Assembly (NCBI GenBank): GCA_965116475.1
Contig: OZ220691.1
Location: 2,176,001-2,240,000 of the forward strand
From: Gemmatimonadota bacterium
GTDB lineage: Bacteria > Gemmatimonadota > Gemmatimonadetes > Palauibacterales > Palauibacteraceae
DNA length: 64,000 nucleotides
Reading direction: 5' to 3'
Below the pieces are notes generated by a model that saw nothing but the letters and a program-made list of their open reading frames with translations, was not told the origin of the DNA and ran no database searches. Both the position numbers and the translations under genes were made by a program. Below are positions 28,697 through 38,668 of this stretch, in pieces. The stretch's first letter is position 1; the number at the start of each line of letters is the position of its first letter.

Positions 28697-29395
28697 GTGA
28701 TCACCTTCCCGGGGCCGGTGAGCGCCCTGGTCACGCTTCCGGTGGCGCCCGACCGGGACGGAATTGCCCGCGTCCTCCGTCTCGAACGCTTCGCGCGCGA
28801 CGCCCTGCCGGACCTTCGCGCGACGATTCCGGCCTTCAACCGGCTGCTCGTCGAGGGCTCGCCCCACAGTTGGAACGCCGCGGCCGTCGAGTCCAGACTG
28901 GCCGCCGGCGCTGAACAGTGCCTCGCGGAAACGCCCCGCATCGACGCGGGAGACGCGGGAGACGTGGGAGGGGCAGGAGACATCGTGTCGCTGCCGGTGT
29001 GCTACGATCCGGATCTGGCTCCCGACCTCGAGGACGTGGCGGCGCACGCGGGCGTGGGCGTGGCGGAGGTGGCGCGACTGCACAGCGGTACGACGTATGC
29101 CGTCCTCGCGACGGGGTTCGCGCCGGGGTTCGCGTACATGGGGGACGTGGACGCGCGGATCGCGCTGCCGCGCCTCGCGACGCCCCGCGCGAGGGTCGAG
29201 GCGGGGTCCGTCGGGCTCGCGGACCGGCGCACCGGCATCTATCCGGCGGCCGGGCCGGGCGGCTGGCGCCTGATCGGCCGCGTTCCCTCCGCGCTGTTCG
29301 CCGATGCCGCCGAGCGGATCGCGCGCTTCCGACCCGGCGGCTCGGTCGAGTTCCGTGCGATCGACCGGGACGAGTACGAGGCCGCCGGCGGATGA
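28697..29395 (+). CDS. pxpB: 5-oxoprolinase subunit B (KipI-like)
   Basis: LPVCYD, GFAPGFAYMG, PRLATPR, GSVGLA, GIYP, PGGWRLIGR. Confidence 0.92.
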   Translation: MITFPGPVSALVTLPVAPDRDGIARVLRLERFARDALPDLRATIPAFNRLLVEGSPHSWNAAAVESRLAAGAEQCLAETPRIDAGDAGDVGGAGDIVSLPVCYDPDLAPDLEDVAAHAGVGVAEVARLHSGTTYAVLATGFAPGFAYMGDVDARIALPRLATPRARVEAGSVGLADRRTGIYPAAGPGGWRLIGRVPSALFADAAERIARFRPGGSVEFRAIDRDEYEAAGG

Positions 29396-30318
29396 GCCCG
29401 CACGGCGTCGTGGACCGCCCCGGGCCGTTCTGCACGATCCAGGATCTGGGCCGGCGGACCGGCCGCCGCGCCGGGCTGGCTCCCGGGGGCGCCATGGACC
29501 AGCGCGCCTACCTTTGGGCCAACCGGCTGCTCGGCAACGATCCGGCGGCGGCCGCGCTCGAGATCACCCTGGGCGGCTTCGCCCTGCGCTTCGCCGTCGA
29601 GACGGCCGTGGCGCTGACGGGGGCCGACTGCGCCGCCACGCTCGACGGCGTCGAAACCGGCACGTGGCGCACCGTTCGGGCGCGGCCGGGCCAGGTGCTC
29701 CGGCTCGGCTACAGCGCGACCGGCATGCGCGCCGTCGTCGCGTTCCCCGGCGGACTCGATGTTCCCACGGCGTTCGGCTCCGCGTCGGCCGTGGTGCGCG
29801 ACGGATGGCCGGGATTGCTCGGCCGGGCCCTGCGCGCGGGCGAACCCCTCCGCTGGGCTGAACCCGATCGCGCCTGTCCGGTGCGGCGCGTGCCCCGTGA
29901 ACTCGTCCCGCCGGAGACGGCCGCGCTCACGCTGCCGCTGATCGCCGGCTACGAGTGGGCCGAGTTCTCCAGGGCGGACCGGGAGCAGGTGTTCGCAGCG
30001 GAATGGACGCTCGACCCGGCGAGCGACAGAACCGCGGGCCGGCTGGCCGGCCCCGCCCTGGTGTCGGGCCCGCGCGTGCTCGACTCGACGCCACTCGTGG
30101 ACGGGACCGTTCAGGTCACCGGCGACGGCCTGCCGCTCGTTTTCATGCGCGACCGGCCCACGATCGGCGGCTACGCGAAGCTCGGCTCCGTGGACCCGAT
30201 CGCGCTCGACGCGTTCGCGCAGGCGCGCCCCGGTACGCCGATCCGCTTCGCCCGCGCCGAGCCCGATGCGATCCGCCGCGCGCTGGCCCGGCGCGAGAGT
30301 TTCTTCGGAACAAGTTGA
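29392..30318 (+). CDS. pxpC: 5-oxoprolinase subunit C (KipA-like)
   Basis: TIQDLGR, GAMD, ANRLLGN, LEITLGG, SDR, GTVQV, DRPTIGGYAK. Confidence 0.92.
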   Translation: MSPHGVVDRPGPFCTIQDLGRRTGRRAGLAPGGAMDQRAYLWANRLLGNDPAAAALEITLGGFALRFAVETAVALTGADCAATLDGVETGTWRTVRARPGQVLRLGYSATGMRAVVAFPGGLDVPTAFGSASAVVRDGWPGLLGRALRAGEPLRWAEPDRACPVRRVPRELVPPETAALTLPLIAGYEWAEFSRADREQVFAAEWTLDPASDRTAGRLAGPALVSGPRVLDSTPLVDGTVQVTGDGLPLVFMRDRPTIGGYAKLGSVDPIALDAFAQARPGTPIRFARAEPDAIRRALARRESFFGTS

Positions 30319-30406
30319 GGAACAAGTTGAACGTTGAAGCCCCGTTTGCTTATGTTTCAGGTTCGGGTGCAGTTCGGGTGGGGTGGATCAGCGGGGTGGA
30401 GGCATC

Positions 30407-31192
30407 GTGAAAACCTGGACGGTGTTCCCGCGCAACGGCGCGCGGTCCCTTCGAAATTCGCATCTTTTCTTCGCGACCTCGGCCGTCTTCCTGGCCGTGG
30501 CTGCGGCCGTGCCCGGCGAGATCTCCGGGCAGAGTCTGCGCGGATCCACGAGTTCGCTGGATCGCCAGAACCGGGTCGCCCGCGAGCACGACTTCACCTA
30601 CATCGCGACGCCGGCGCAGCTGCAGCGCTTCGTCGACAACGGGTATCTCGTGCGCGTGCCCGAAGGGGCGGACTACGACCTTCATGATATCTCCTTCCCA
30701 TACGCGCGCCCGGAAGTAGAGCTGTTCATTTCCCGGCTGGCGCCGCAGTACCGGCGTGCCTGCGGCGAGGTGCTCGTGGTCACGAGTCTGACGCGCCCGA
30801 AGAACCGGCAGCCGCGAAACGCCTCTCCCCGCTCCGTCCACCCCACCGGCATGGCGCTCGATCTGCGCCGCCCGGACCCGAAGTGCCGCGGGTGGCTCGA
30901 GCGCGTGCTGTTGCAGCTCGAGGGGTCGGGGGTGCTCGAGGTGTCCCTCGAACGCCGCCCGCCGCACTACCATGTGGCGCTCTTTCCGCAGCAGTACGCC
31001 GCCTACGTCGAGCGGATCACGCGCGCGCAGCAGCAGTACGTCGCCGGCGGGGAGCAGTACCGGGTGAGGCCGGGCGACTCCCTCTGGGGGATCGCCCGTC
31101 GCCACGCCACGACCGTGACCCGCCTCCGATCCGCGAACAACCTGAGCGGAAGCCGGATCTACCCGGGCCAGGTCCTCACGCTTCCCGACTGA
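30407..31192 (+). CDS. DUF5715-like (M15/LAS-fold) peptidase with C-terminal LysM
   Basis: VTSLTRP, SVHPTGMALDL, PPHYHV; LysM YRVRPGDSLWGIARRH...LRSANNL...IYPGQVL. Confidence 0.82.
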   Translation: MKTWTVFPRNGARSLRNSHLFFATSAVFLAVAAAVPGEISGQSLRGSTSSLDRQNRVAREHDFTYIATPAQLQRFVDNGYLVRVPEGADYDLHDISFPYARPEVELFISRLAPQYRRACGEVLVVTSLTRPKNRQPRNASPRSVHPTGMALDLRRPDPKCRGWLERVLLQLEGSGVLEVSLERRPPHYHVALFPQQYAAYVERITRAQQQYVAGGEQYRVRPGDSLWGIARRHATTVTRLRSANNLSGSRIYPGQVLTLPD

Positions 31193-31268
31193 TCGCCGAG
31201 GACGATCCGGCCGGCCACCACCCGGGAAGCCACTTCAGACGGAGACCGACATTCGCTTCCAGAGCAGA

Positions 31269-33653
31269 GTGGCGCTGACGACCCTGGCCCTGGCGCCGTG
31301 GGCTGTCACGGTGGCGGGAGCCGGCGGGGCGCAAGCGCAGGAACCGGAGCCGGTGCGCCTCTCGGGCTACGTGCGAGTGGCGGAGAACGACGAGGTGATC
31401 CGGGCCGCCCGGCTCGACATCGAGGAGCGGGGTCTCATCGTCGGGACCAACCGGTTCGGGTTCTACTCGGTGGAACTGCCGCCCGGACGGTATTCGATCC
31501 GCGTCACGAGCCTCGGCTACGAGACCGTGACCGAGGTGGTGGATCTCCGGGAGACGACGTCGCTGGACTTCGCGCTCCCCCTCAGGCCGGTCATCGTGTC
31601 GGAACTCACGGTGACCGCCGACCGGGAACCGCCCGACCTCGACCCGGCGAGCCTGGACATGAGCGTCGTCCGGCTCGATGTCCCATCCCTCTCCGAACTC
31701 CCCCTCGTCCTCGGCGAGGCGGACCCGGTCCGCACGCTGACCCTCTATCCCGGGATCAGCACGGCCAACGACGCGACGACCGCGATCAACGTGCGCGGCG
31801 GCGCCGGCGACGAAAACCAGATTCGTCTCGATGACTCCGAGGTGTTCAATCCGGCCCACGCCATCGGCCTCTTCTCGACGTTCAATTCGGATGCGGTGGG
31901 GGACGTCACCCTCTACAAGGGCGGGATCCCGGCCCGCTACGGCGGCCGGCTTTCATCCGTGCTGGAGATCCACCAGCGCGAGGGCAACTCGCGCGAGTTC
32001 GAGGGAGCGGGGACGATCGGTCTCCTCTCCAGCCGCCTGAACCTGCAGGGGCCCCTGTTCGACGGGCGGGGATCCTGGCTCGTCGCGGGCCGCCGCACCT
32101 ACGCGGACCTCTTCCTGGGCCTGTCGGACGACCCCTCGATCCGGGAGAGTACCGCCTACTTCTACGACCTCAACGCCAAGGCGAACGTGCGCTACGGCGC
32201 CACCGGCCAGGTCATGCTTTCCGGCTACTTCGGACGCGACCGGCTGCGGATCGGGACGCAGGCCTCCGCCGCATGGGGGAACGCGACGGGCACGCTGCGC
32301 TGGAACCACGTGTTCGGCCCCGTCTTCTCCCATCTGACCATCACCTACAGCGACTACGAGTACCACATACAGAACAGCTTCAACGCCCAGGCCGCCTCGC
32401 TCGATGCGGGGATCCGCAACTTCAGCGTCACCGTCGACGAGTCGTGGGATGTGAGTCCATCGGACCGGCTGGAGTTCGGGCTGGGGCTCCGGAGCTACGA
32501 GATCCAGCCCGCGAACATCGCCCCCGGCGAGGGCTCGGCGGTCATCGCGACGGAGTTCGAGTCGCGGAAGGGCCTCGCTCCCGAGGCGTACATCGAGCAC
32601 GAAACGGAGATCGGCCGCCTGGGGCTCCGCTATGGGCTAAGGGCGGCCGGGTTCATCCGCCGGGGCGAGGCGACGGTCTACGACTACGAGAACGACGCGC
32701 CCGTCGTGTATCGTCCGGCGCTGGGCCGGTACGAACCCGGCGCCATCGCGGACAGCACGCGGTACGGAAACGGGGAGGCCATCGTCTCCTACTACGGCCT
32801 CGAACCACGGCTCGGGTTGCGCTTCGGGCTCGGCGACGCCGCGTCGCTCAAGGCGAGCTACTCCCGTACGCGGCAGTACCTGCGGCTGGTCACGAACACG
32901 AACTCCCCCACGCCGCTCGACCTGTGGGATCCCGTGGGGCCGTACGTGAAGCCGCACGTCGCCGACCAGTTCGCGCTCGGCTACGTGACCGCGCTCGCCG
33001 GGGGGCGCTACGCGCTGTCGGGCGAGGTCTACTACAAGCGGGCGCGCCATCTGATCGACTACGTGGACGGGGCGGACATCTACTTCAGCCGGCGTCTCGA
33101 AACGCTTCTCCTCCCCGGGGAGGGCCGCGGATACGGGCTGGAATTCCTCCTGAGAAAGACCCGCGGGCGCCTCACCGGATGGGCGAGTTATACGCTGGCG
33201 CGGTCGGATCAGCGGACGCCCGGGCTTACGGCGGCGGACCCCGGGGTCAACGGGGGAGACTGGTATCCCTCCCCCTACGACCGGACGCACGATTTCGCCC
33301 TGACGGGACTGTACAGATTCGGCGAGGACTGGAGCCTGGGGGCGAACTTCATCTTCGCCACGGGGCTGCCGACGACGTACCCCGTCGCGCGGTACGAGTT
33401 CGCGGGGCTGATTCTGGGAGAGTACGGGCCGCGGAACGCCAGGCGCCTTCCGGACTATCATCGTCTGGACGTGTCGGCCACCAGGAGGTGGGGCCGGGGA
33501 GAACTTCAGTTCGGGCTCTTCAACGTGTACAACCGCTTCAACGCGCAGGCGATCGCCTTCCGCCAGAACCGGGACTCGCGCACCGTCACCGAGGCGGTGG
33601 AGACCGCCGTGTTCGGCCTGGTGCCGAGCATCAGCTACCGGTTGAACTTCTGA
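31269..33653 (+). CDS. TonB-dependent receptor (copy 1)
   Basis: TNRFGFYS, LPLVLGEADPV, NVRGG, FSTFNSD, LYKGGIPARYGGRLSSV, RLPDYHRLD; C-terminal Phe. Confidence 0.92.
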   Translation: MALTTLALAPWAVTVAGAGGAQAQEPEPVRLSGYVRVAENDEVIRAARLDIEERGLIVGTNRFGFYSVELPPGRYSIRVTSLGYETVTEVVDLRETTSLDFALPLRPVIVSELTVTADREPPDLDPASLDMSVVRLDVPSLSELPLVLGEADPVRTLTLYPGISTANDATTAINVRGGAGDENQIRLDDSEVFNPAHAIGLFSTFNSDAVGDVTLYKGGIPARYGGRLSSVLEIHQREGNSREFEGAGTIGLLSSRLNLQGPLFDGRGSWLVAGRRTYADLFLGLSDDPSIRESTAYFYDLNAKANVRYGATGQVMLSGYFGRDRLRIGTQASAAWGNATGTLRWNHVFGPVFSHLTITYSDYEYHIQNSFNAQAASLDAGIRNFSVTVDESWDVSPSDRLEFGLGLRSYEIQPANIAPGEGSAVIATEFESRKGLAPEAYIEHETEIGRLGLRYGLRAAGFIRRGEATVYDYENDAPVVYRPALGRYEPGAIADSTRYGNGEAIVSYYGLEPRLGLRFGLGDAASLKASYSRTRQYLRLVTNTNSPTPLDLWDPVGPYVKPHVADQFALGYVTALAGGRYALSGEVYYKRARHLIDYVDGADIYFSRRLETLLLPGEGRGYGLEFLLRKTRGRLTGWASYTLARSDQRTPGLTAADPGVNGGDWYPSPYDRTHDFALTGLYRFGEDWSLGANFIFATGLPTTYPVARYEFAGLILGEYGPRNARRLPDYHRLDVSATRRWGRGELQFGLFNVYNRFNAQAIAFRQNRDSRTVTEAVETAVFGLVPSISYRLNF

Positions 33654-34540
33654 TGCGCGGAGGGACGGGGGGTTGCATGACGACGGCGGGCCGCCTGCTC
33701 GCGTTGGCGGGTTGCCTCGCGGCGGCGGGCTGCGAACGGGTGGTGGACGTCGACATTCCCGCCCCCGTCCCGCGACTTGTCGTGGAAGGGCGGATCGAAC
33801 GCATCAAGGGTGCGCCGAGCGGCAGGCAGCGCATCCGGCTGTCCACGACGGCGGGCTTCTTCGACAGCCGGCCGACCCCGCCCGCGACGGGCGCCATCGT
33901 CACGGTCGTCGACGGGGCCGGCCGCGCCTACTCCTTCCCGGAGATCGAGCCGGGCCTGTACGGGACGGAACACCTCTTCGCGCGCCTCGGCGAGACGTAC
34001 ACGCTCTTCCTCGAGTACGGCGGGGATGTGTACGAGGCGTCGGCTCTGCTGCGGGAAGTGCCCCCGATCGATTCGCTGTACTTCGTGTTCGAGGAGGAGA
34101 CGCTCTTCATCGAGGAGGAAGGCTATCGGGCCGCGATCGACTTCGCGGATCCGGCCGGCGTCCCCAACTACTACCTGTGGGAACAACTCGTCGAGGGCGT
34201 GAACGAGATCCCGCCGGACCCCGGCAACGCGATCAACCTCGTGAGCCGGGACGAACTCTACGACGGGCAGGACGTGATCGGCTTCCAGCCGAACGACGAG
34301 ATCGCCATCGCGTCCGGCGAACACGCGGAGATCCGGCAGATCGCGCTCTCGAGGCTGGGCTACGACTACTACTACGCGCTCTTCGAGCAGAACGCGCTCG
34401 GGTCGGCGAACCCCTTTTCCATCCCGCCCGCCACCATCCGGGGGAACGTGGTGAATCTGGACCGGCCGCACCGGTTTGCGTTCGGTTTTTTCGGGGCGGC
34501 CGAAGTGAGTATCGCGGTAGGGGTGGCGCCCCCCCGCTGA
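33653..34540 (+). CDS. DUF4249-type lipoprotein (copy 1)
   Basis: Lipobox AAG|C-ERVVDVD, RLVVEG, PPIDSL, DPAGVPNYY, PPATIRGNV, GFFGA; alternative start 33677. Confidence 0.85.
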   Translation: MRGGTGGCMTTAGRLLALAGCLAAAGCERVVDVDIPAPVPRLVVEGRIERIKGAPSGRQRIRLSTTAGFFDSRPTPPATGAIVTVVDGAGRAYSFPEIEPGLYGTEHLFARLGETYTLFLEYGGDVYEASALLREVPPIDSLYFVFEEETLFIEEEGYRAAIDFADPAGVPNYYLWEQLVEGVNEIPPDPGNAINLVSRDELYDGQDVIGFQPNDEIAIASGEHAEIRQIALSRLGYDYYYALFEQNALGSANPFSIPPATIRGNVVNLDRPHRFAFGFFGAAEVSIAVGVAPPR

Positions 34541-34578
34541 TCGTGCCCGAACCGGGACGACCGGGTTATATTGGCTCC

Positions 34579-36987
34579 GTGTTCGATCCCAGCATCCTGA
34601 AGGCGCGAGCGGGCCCGACGCTCCTGGTCCTGTCCGCCATCGTCTTCGCGGCCCTTGATCCCGGAGAGGCGCACGCGCAGGGGCCGGTGCGCCTCTCCGG
34701 GTACGTGCGCTCGGCCGTGAGCGACGAGGTGCTGCGCACCTCCCGGATCGAGATCGTGGAGCCCGGCATCTCCATCTCGACGAACCGGTTCGGGTTCTAC
34801 TCCATCGAGTTGGTCCCGGGCCGCTATACGGTTCGCGTGTCGCAGCTCGGCTACGAGACGACCACCCGCGTAGTGGATCTCGACGCGACGGCCTCGCTCG
34901 ACTTCGCGCTCGCCCTGCGGCCCGTGTCCCTGGCCGAACTCACCGTGGAGACGGAACAGGAGCCGCCGGATGTCGACCCCCGTACGGTCGAAATGAGCGT
35001 GATCCGGTTCGACGCCCCCACCATCTCGCAGCTTCCTGTCGTGCTGGGTGAAGCCGATCCCGTGCGCACGTTGACGCTCTATCCGGGAATCACGACGACG
35101 AACGACGCGACGACGGCGATCAACGTCCGCGGGGGTGCGGGCGACGAGAACCTGATTCTCCTCGATGATTCCGAGGTCTTCAACCCCGCCCACGCTCTCG
35201 GGCTCTTCTCGACCTTCAACACCGACGCGGTGGACGACGTCACGCTCTACAAGGGCGGTATCCCGGCGCGCTTCGGCGGGCGGCTCTCATCGGTCATGGA
35301 GATCCACCAGCGTGAAGGAAACTCGCGCGAGTTCGAGGGCTCCGCCACGGTGGGACTCCTGTCGAGCCGGCTGAGTCTCGAGGGGCCGATGTTCGACGGC
35401 GATGGTTCGTGGCTCGTCGCCGGACGCCGGACCTATGCGGACCTTTTTCTGGGCTTGGCCAGCGACCCGGAGGTGAGGGAGAGCGTCGCCTACTTCTACG
35501 ACCTCAACGCCAAGGCCAACGTCCGCTACGGAGCGACCGGCCAGGTCATGCTTTCCGGATACTTCGGGCGCGACCGCCTGAGCGTCGGCAACGTGGCGTC
35601 GGTGGGGTGGGGAAACGCGGCCGGGACGCTGCGCTGGAACCAGGGGTTCGGCCCTGTCTTCTCGCACGTGACGCTGGTCTTCAGCGACTACGACTACCAC
35701 ATCCAGAGCGGCTTCAACGCGCGTGCGGTGTCGCTGGACTCCAGGGTCCGCCACCTGAGCCTGAGCGTGGACGAATCCTGGTCGCTGGGTGCCGGCGACG
35801 AACTGCAGTTCGGCGTGGGGATCGGAACCTACAACGTGCGGCCCGCGGACGTCATCGAGGGCGAGAACTCGGCGATCATCCCTCAGGAACTCGACGCGCG
35901 TCACGGCTTGGCGCCCGATGCGTACGTCGAACACGAGACGGAGCTGGGGCCTCTCGGGATTCGCTACGGGTTACGCGCGACGGCGTTCATTCGGCAGGGC
36001 GAAGCCACCGTCTACGACTACCTCAACGACGAGCCCGTCGTCTATCACCCGGAACTGGGCCGCTACGATCCGGGCGTCGTGACGGACAGCACGCGCTATG
36101 GGCCGGGGGAGAGCATCGCCTCGTACTGGGGTCTCGAGCCGCGGCTCGGGCTGCGCCTGCGGGTCGGGTCCGCCTCGTCGCTCAAAGCCAGCTACTCGCG
36201 AACGCGGCAGTACATGCGGCTCGTCACGAACACGAACTCGCCCACCCCCCTGGACCTGTGGGACATCGTCGGCCCGTGGGTGGAACCGCATATCGCCGAC
36301 CAGGTTGCGCTGGGCTACGTGACGACGCTGTCACGGTCGCGGTACTCGGTCTCCGGCGAAGTCTACTATAAGCGGGCCCAGCATCTCATCGACTATGTGG
36401 ACGGGGCCGATCTCTGGGTGCCGCGGCAGCTCGAGACGATGTTGCTGCCCGGCGAGGGGCGCGGGTACGGCCTCGAACTCCTGCTCAGGAAGACGCAGGG
36501 CCGGCTGCGCGGGTGGGCGAGCTACACGCTGGCGCGCACCGAGCAGCGGACGCCGGGGCTGACCGGGCGGGATCCCGGCATCAACGGGGGAAGCTGGTAT
36601 CCGGCGCCCTTCGACCGGACTCACGATTTCGCGCTCACGGGACTGTACGAGCTCAGCGATACGTGGAGCGTCGGCGCCAACTTCATCTTCGCGACGGGTC
36701 TCCCCACGACCTTCCCCACGGCGCGCTACGAATTCGCCGGCGTCATCCTGGGTACGTTCGGGTCTCGCAACGCCGAGCGCCTCCCGGACTATCACCGGCT
36801 CGACTTTTCGGCCACGAAGCGGCTGGGACGCGGGGAGCTCCGGTTCGGCGTGTTCAACATCTACAACCGTTTCAACGCGCAGGCGCTCGCATTCCGCCAG
36901 AGGGAGGATTCCCCCGTCGTGACGGAGGCGGTCGAGACCGCCGTGTTCGGCATCGTGCCGAGCATCAGCTACAGGTTCCATTTCTGA
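34579..36987 (+). CDS. TonB-dependent receptor (copy 2, paralog of 31269)
   Basis: GTG start; long stretches near-identical to copy 1; C-terminal RFHF. Confidence 0.92.
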   Translation: MFDPSILKARAGPTLLVLSAIVFAALDPGEAHAQGPVRLSGYVRSAVSDEVLRTSRIEIVEPGISISTNRFGFYSIELVPGRYTVRVSQLGYETTTRVVDLDATASLDFALALRPVSLAELTVETEQEPPDVDPRTVEMSVIRFDAPTISQLPVVLGEADPVRTLTLYPGITTTNDATTAINVRGGAGDENLILLDDSEVFNPAHALGLFSTFNTDAVDDVTLYKGGIPARFGGRLSSVMEIHQREGNSREFEGSATVGLLSSRLSLEGPMFDGDGSWLVAGRRTYADLFLGLASDPEVRESVAYFYDLNAKANVRYGATGQVMLSGYFGRDRLSVGNVASVGWGNAAGTLRWNQGFGPVFSHVTLVFSDYDYHIQSGFNARAVSLDSRVRHLSLSVDESWSLGAGDELQFGVGIGTYNVRPADVIEGENSAIIPQELDARHGLAPDAYVEHETELGPLGIRYGLRATAFIRQGEATVYDYLNDEPVVYHPELGRYDPGVVTDSTRYGPGESIASYWGLEPRLGLRLRVGSASSLKASYSRTRQYMRLVTNTNSPTPLDLWDIVGPWVEPHIADQVALGYVTTLSRSRYSVSGEVYYKRAQHLIDYVDGADLWVPRQLETMLLPGEGRGYGLELLLRKTQGRLRGWASYTLARTEQRTPGLTGRDPGINGGSWYPAPFDRTHDFALTGLYELSDTWSVGANFIFATGLPTTFPTARYEFAGVILGTFGSRNAERLPDYHRLDFSATKRLGRGELRFGVFNIYNRFNAQALAFRQREDSPVVTEAVETAVFGIVPSISYRFHF

Positions 36988-37856
36988 TGGCCGGGAGGAC
37001 GGACGTCCGGTTCGCGGTCCTGCTCGGCTGCCTCTCCGCGGCAGCCTGCGAGCGGATCGTGGATGTGGAGATTCCCGCGCCGGAGCCGCTGCTCGTCGTG
37101 GAAGGGCGGATCGAACTCGTGAAGGAGGCGCCGAGCGGGATGCAGACGCTCCGGCTCAGGACGACGGACGCCTTCTTCAGCAACCGGCGTACGCCCCCCG
37201 CCACGGGTGCCGTCGTTACCGTGAGGGACGGTACGGGCGCCACCTACGCGTTCGCGGAACCGGAGCCGGGCCGCTACGTGACGAACGGCCTGCACGCCCG
37301 GATCGGTGAGACGTATGCGCTCTCCATCGAGTATGAGGGAGATCGGTACGCCGCTTCGGCGTCGCTCCTGCCGGTGGCTCCGATCGACTCTCTCTATTTC
37401 ATCTACGAGGAGGCGACGCTCGTCATCGATGAGGAGGGCTACCGGGCCGCGATCGACTACACGGACCCCCCGGGGGGGCCGCACTTCTATCTGTGGGAGC
37501 AGTTCATCGACGGAGTCAACGAGCCCCCGCCCAGCGCGGGCAACCAGTTCAATCTGGTGAGCAGGGACGACCTGTACGATGGCCGCCCCGTCATCGGCTT
37601 CGAACCCCTCAACGAGGTCGTGATCGAGCCCGGGGCACACGTCGTGATCCGCCAGATCGCCCTCTCCCGCCGGGGCTACGACTACTATTACGCCACCTTC
37701 GAGCAGAGCGGCATCGGATCGGGGCCCTCGTTCTCCGTCCCACCTGCCACGATCCGCGGGAACGTCACGAACGTCACCAGCCCGGAGCGGTATCCGCTGG
37801 GATTCTTCGAGGCGGCCGAGGTGAGCGTGGCCGAGGGGATCGGTCCCGAAAGGTAG
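36987..37856 (+). CDS. DUF4249-type lipoprotein (copy 2)
   Basis: TGATG overlap; SAAAC-ERIVDVE, PIDSLYF, PPATIRGNV. Confidence 0.85.
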   Translation: MAGRTDVRFAVLLGCLSAAACERIVDVEIPAPEPLLVVEGRIELVKEAPSGMQTLRLRTTDAFFSNRRTPPATGAVVTVRDGTGATYAFAEPEPGRYVTNGLHARIGETYALSIEYEGDRYAASASLLPVAPIDSLYFIYEEATLVIDEEGYRAAIDYTDPPGGPHFYLWEQFIDGVNEPPPSAGNQFNLVSRDDLYDGRPVIGFEPLNEVVIEPGAHVVIRQIALSRRGYDYYYATFEQSGIGSGPSFSVPPATIRGNVTNVTSPERYPLGFFEAAEVSVAEGIGPER

Positions 37857-37866
37857 GGGGCTCGCC

Positions 37867-38661
37867 GTGTTCGACGATCCAGGCACGCTGAAGGCCGCCG
37901 GGGCGACGCTCGCCCTGGCGACTCTGTGGCTGGTCGAGGGCGTCCTCCCGATGTTCGAGGGCCGGAGCGCGCGGGCGGGACACGGAGCGCGGAACCTCGC
38001 TCTCGGCGTGGGGAACGCGGCGGTGGCGGCCGTCATCTTCGCCGCGGCCACGCTGGCCGTGACGGAAGGGGCAAGGGAAGTGGGCTTCGGGCTGCTTCAC
38101 CTGCTCGAACTCCCGGCGTGGGCCAGGGTCGGCCTCGCCGTCGTGATCTTCGATGCGTGGCAGTACCTGTGGCACCGGCTGAATCACCGGGTCCCGTTCC
38201 TGTGGCGCTTCCACCAGGTCCACCATTCGGACGCCGAACTGGACGCCACGTCGGGTCTCCGCTTCCACACGGGAGAGATCGTGCTCTCCTCGATCGCCCG
38301 GCTCGCCGTGCTTCCCCTGCTCGGCGTGACGGTGGCGGAACTCCTCGTCTACGAGGCGATCCTCCTCCCCATCATCCTCTTCCACCACAGCAACGTGCGG
38401 TTGCCCGGCCGCGTGGACCGGCGCCTGCGCTGGCTCATCGTGACGCCCTGGATGCACTGGGTTCACCACTCGGACTACCAGCCGGAGACCGACTCGAATT
38501 ACTCGAGCATCTTCTCCTTCTGGGACCGGGCGTTCGGGAGCTTCCGGCTCCGGTCCGAGCCGCGCGACATCCGTCTCGGGCTCGAGAACGTGGAGCGCTC
38601 GCAATGGGGGACGCTGCGCGGGATGCTCTCGATGCCCTTCCGGCGAAAGCCCCGCGGATAG
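37867..38661 (+). CDS. sterol desaturase/fatty acid hydroxylase family membrane di-iron protein
   Basis: His boxes HRLNH, HQVHHS, RFH, FHHSN, HWVHHS; NYSSIFSFWDRAFGS. Confidence 0.92.
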   Translation: MFDDPGTLKAAGATLALATLWLVEGVLPMFEGRSARAGHGARNLALGVGNAAVAAVIFAAATLAVTEGAREVGFGLLHLLELPAWARVGLAVVIFDAWQYLWHRLNHRVPFLWRFHQVHHSDAELDATSGLRFHTGEIVLSSIARLAVLPLLGVTVAELLVYEAILLPIILFHHSNVRLPGRVDRRLRWLIVTPWMHWVHHSDYQPETDSNYSSIFSFWDRAFGSFRLRSEPRDIRLGLENVERSQWGTLRGMLSMPFRRKPRG

Positions 38662-38668
38662 GCGGCGG

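Noticed and set aside
31269..37856. Assembly duplication artefact
   Set aside because: The copies differ throughout at nucleotide and amino-acid level
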